Positions 60,310 through 64,000 of a stretch of DNA of 64,000 bases are shown here, piece by piece. A program made the position numbers and the translations under genes. The notes beneath the pieces are model-generated. The model was not told the DNA's origin. It searched no databases and saw only the letters and a list, made by a program, of their open reading frames with translations. This DNA comes from a bacterium (lineage in GTDB: Bacteria > Elusimicrobiota > Elusimicrobia > Elusimicrobiales > UBA9959), in contig JAJYJH010000001.1 in the NCBI GenBank assembly GCA_021789695.1, positions 325,346 through 389,345 of the forward strand. Reading direction: 5' to 3'. Positions within the stretch are counted from its first letter, which is position 1. Each line of letters begins with the position of its first letter.

Positions 60310-61440
60310 ATGATGCGCCTTCCCGCTTTGCTCCTCCTGCTCCTGCCCGCCTGGCCGCTCCGCGTTTCCGCAGCGGAGAAGGCCCCGGTCATACGCGTCG
60401 CCATTTCCCGCGGTTCCCCCTCCCTTAATATAAAAACTTCTCCGCGCCTTTATGTGCGCGAGGTTTCCACAGGCCAGAAGTACATGCTGCTGGAGAACTC
60501 CTCCTACGAACTGCGCCCGGCTAACGGAGGCTTAACGGTGGCGGGCCAGCAGCTTTCGTCGCCCATAGAACTTCTCCCGGGAGAAGGGGAGCGCCATGTG
60601 CGCCTGGGCAAGCACGTCTATAAAGGGAACATCTTCATCCTGGCCACGAAGGACCGCACGCTGGACGTGATAGAGAGCCTCTCGCTTGAGGACTACCTCT
60701 ACGGCGTCCTGCCGGCGGAAATGAGCCCGGATTGGCCGCTGGAGGCGCTGAAGGCGCAGGCGGTGGCCTCGCGCACCTACGCCCTGAAGCAGATGAACCC
60801 GCAGCAGGACTACGACGTCACCGACGGGGTGGAGACACAGGTCTACGGCGGCATCAACGGCGTAAATCCGAAGATAAAGAAGGCTGTGGACTCCACGCGC
60901 GGCGAGGTGCTGATCTACAGGGGCAGGCTCATAACCGCCTTCTTCCACTCCTGCTGCGGCGGACATACGGCCAGCGCCTCCTCCGCCTGGGGCGAGCCGG
61001 TAGTCAGGCCCCTAAAAGGCGTCCGCGACCCATACTGCAGGCATTCCAGCCACTACAGCTGGGAATATTTCGTGACCGACCCGGACCTGCTGCGGCTGGT
61101 GCAGTCCACCGGCTCCACCGCCCTTAAGGTCAGGGATATAAGGAGCTACCGCAAGGATGGTTCCGGACGCACGATCACCTTCAAGGTGAGAACGGACAAA
61201 GGGAGCTTCCTGTTAAAAGCTTCCGACGTGCGAAGGCGTTTCGGAACTTTCGATTTCAAGAGCACGCTTATCACGCGGATCAGGAAGATTAAGGGCGGCT
61301 ACGAGTTCTACGGCCGCGGCTGGGGACACGGCGTCGGGATGTGCCAGGACGGGGCCAAGGTCATGGCGCTGAGGGGCAAGAACTATAAGCGGATACTCCA
61401 CTTCTACTACCCCGGAGCGGGCATCAAGGACTATGAGTGA
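60310..61440 (+). CDS. SpoIID/LytB domain protein
   Basis: Signal peptide. LEDYLYGVLPAEMSPDWPLEALKAQAVASRTYA and FFHSCCGGHTAS are SpoIID hallmarks. Confidence 0.85.
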   Translation: MMRLPALLLLLLPAWPLRVSAAEKAPVIRVAISRGSPSLNIKTSPRLYVREVSTGQKYMLLENSSYELRPANGGLTVAGQQLSSPIELLPGEGERHVRLGKHVYKGNIFILATKDRTLDVIESLSLEDYLYGVLPAEMSPDWPLEALKAQAVASRTYALKQMNPQQDYDVTDGVETQVYGGINGVNPKIKKAVDSTRGEVLIYRGRLITAFFHSCCGGHTASASSAWGEPVVRPLKGVRDPYCRHSSHYSWEYFVTDPDLLRLVQSTGSTALKVRDIRSYRKDGSGRTITFKVRTDKGSFLLKASDVRRRFGTFDFKSTLITRIRKIKGGYEFYGRGWGHGVGMCQDGAKVMALRGKNYKRILHFYYPGAGIKDYE

Positions 61441-62476
61441 GGCCCTCTCGGAATTTTCCGGGCTCGATATAGAGCCCCTGATAGCCGACCGCCCGGCCGA
61501 GCCGCGCGACTCATCACGCCTCACCGTCGTCGATCGCGGCGAGGGCGCCGTCGCACACCGCTTTTTCCGCGACCTGCCCGCCCTGCTGGGTCCGTCGGAC
61601 CTGCTGGTGATGAACCGCAGCAAGGTATGGAAAGCGCGTCTGCCGGCCGCCAAGCCTACCGGCGGAAAGTCCGAGATCTTGCTGATGGCGCCCGGCTCTC
61701 CGGACGGTAGCGTCTGGACCGGGCTCTGCCGCAAGACGCAGCCCGGCCAGAGGCTGATATGCGCCGGGGGTGCGGAGGCGGAGTGCCTGCGCCGGAATGC
61801 GGATGGCAGCTATTCCTTCCGCTTCTCCGTACCTGTGGACGAGTCCTACCTGGCCGCCAACGGCGCGGTTCCGCTGCCGCAGTACATAGTTAACGCGCGC
61901 AAGCGCCGAGGGACCTCCGCGCCGGAGGACGAGGACTGCTACCAGACGGTCTATGCCGCGGAGGCGGGATCGATAGCCGCGCATACGGCGGGCTTCCACT
62001 TCACTCCCGGGCTGTTGGCCGCGCTGGAGAGGGCCGGCGTCAAAAAAGCCTTCGTCACGCTGCACATAGGCTGGGGCACCTTCAAGCCGGTGCGTTCCGA
62101 TGACCCGGCCGCACACGTAATGATGGAGGAGTCCTGCCAGGTCTCCCCGGAGGCGGCCGCGGCGATAAACGCCCATCGGGCGGCCGGCGGCCGCGTGATA
62201 GCGGTAGGCACTTCCTCCATGCGCACGCTGGAAACCTTCTCGGACGGGGACGGGACCGTGCGTCCCGGCTCAGGCAAGGCAGGCATCTTCATCCGTCCCG
62301 GCTACCGGTTCAAGGTGGCCGGCGCGTTCATCACCAACCTGCACGTGCCGGAGTCGGCGCCGCTTTACATGACCGCCGCCTTCGCCGGCCGCGAACTCCT
62401 TTTTAAAGCGTATACCGAAGCCGTAAAGGAAAAGTACCGTTTCTACTCCTACGGAGACTCGATGCTGATCTCTTAA
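61433..62476 (+). CDS. queA: tRNA preQ1(34) S-adenosylmethionine ribosyltransferase-isomerase
   Basis: PLIADRPAEPRDSSRL, PLPQYI, YQTVYA and GFHFT blocks. It lies upstream of tgt. Confidence 0.95.
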   Translation: MSEALSEFSGLDIEPLIADRPAEPRDSSRLTVVDRGEGAVAHRFFRDLPALLGPSDLLVMNRSKVWKARLPAAKPTGGKSEILLMAPGSPDGSVWTGLCRKTQPGQRLICAGGAEAECLRRNADGSYSFRFSVPVDESYLAANGAVPLPQYIVNARKRRGTSAPEDEDCYQTVYAAEAGSIAAHTAGFHFTPGLLAALERAGVKKAFVTLHIGWGTFKPVRSDDPAAHVMMEESCQVSPEAAAAINAHRAAGGRVIAVGTSSMRTLETFSDGDGTVRPGSGKAGIFIRPGYRFKVAGAFITNLHVPESAPLYMTAAFAGRELLFKAYTEAVKEKYRFYSYGDSMLIS

Positions 62477-62488
62477 CGGCACGGATAA

Positions 62489-63721
<1,233 letters not shown>

Positions 63722-63794
63722 TACCGGCCGCGGCCATTCCGCCTCTTTTATATAAAAATTTGTTAAAATAGTCCTGAATTCGCGCAACGGAGGA

Positions 63795-64000
63795 ATGATG
63801 AACCCGAACTCGGCTTTCATGCAGTTAGTCCCTTTCATAGCGGTGGCGGCTATATTCTATTTTCTGCTCATCCGCCCCCAGCAGAAGCAGATGAAAGAAA
63901 CAAAAAAGATGCTCGAAGCGCTCAAGGCCGGCGACAGGGTGCTGACGCGCGGCGGCCTGATAGGCGTGATTACCTCCGTGAGCGAAGAGGAAATAGAGGT
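63795..64000 (+). CDS. yajC: Preprotein translocase subunit YajC (3' end outside the window)
   Basis: This gene is not in the ORF track because no stop falls within the window. My own translation is MMNPNSAFMQLVPFIAVAAIFYFLLIRPQQKQMKETKKMLEALKAGDRVLTRGGLIGVI. It occupies the canonical tgt-yajC position. Confidence 0.85.
   Translation, partial: MMNPNSAFMQLVPFIAVAAIFYFLLIRPQQKQMKETKKMLEALKAGDRVLTRGGLIGVITSVSEEEIE

Overview
This is visibly GC-rich bacterial chromosomal DNA, gene-dense on both strands. I call 57 protein-coding genes, 2 tRNAs, one decayed RND efflux gene carrying an IS remnant, and several hairpin terminators and -10-like promoter elements. There is no rRNA, no CRISPR array and no intact mobile element. 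The GC bias means nearly every real gene is shadowed by long antisense or out-of-frame ORFs in the track. I kept only ORFs with recognisable family motifs, signal peptides or lipoboxes, SD sites or operon logic, and I trimmed many 5' extensions (the track also uses GTG/TTG starts).

Gene content falls into four groups:
- Housekeeping blocks: yebC-ruvC-ruvA-ruvB-spoIID-queA-tgt-yajC, plus fba, era, pepT, a PhoU-like/PiT pair, and rhlE with a beta-CASP RNase.
- Anaerobe-type redox genes: pyruvate:ferredoxin oxidoreductase, divergent from an NfnAB/SudAB-like pair.
- Diderm envelope genes: a marR-tolC-emrA-emrB locus, a tetR-tolC-RND(pseudo) locus, a TonB-dependent receptor and a PorV-like barrel.
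- A NarL-type two-component system followed by amtB.

Most worth a second look:
1. A compact minus-strand operon at 49628-57112. It combines a secreted HEAT-repeat protein, a 1182-aa thermolysin-type metalloprotease ending in a T9SS/FlgD-type C-terminal domain, a PorV/PorQ-like barrel and two LPP20/FlgP-FlgT-like lipoproteins. No T9SS core genes are nearby.
2. A terminator-bounded pair of about 50 percent identical secreted paralogs of no family I recognise (23582-25365). They sit behind an AT-rich, palindrome- and hairpin-containing control region.
3. A recurring TATAAT-N6-8-ATG leaderless-type start geometry.
4. A soluble histidine kinase with an uncharacterised KEL..(6-7 aa)..WQYPEI..GPFL.EER sensor module, upstream of a glnK-less amtB.

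All family assignments are by-eye motif recognition. No database search or computation was run.
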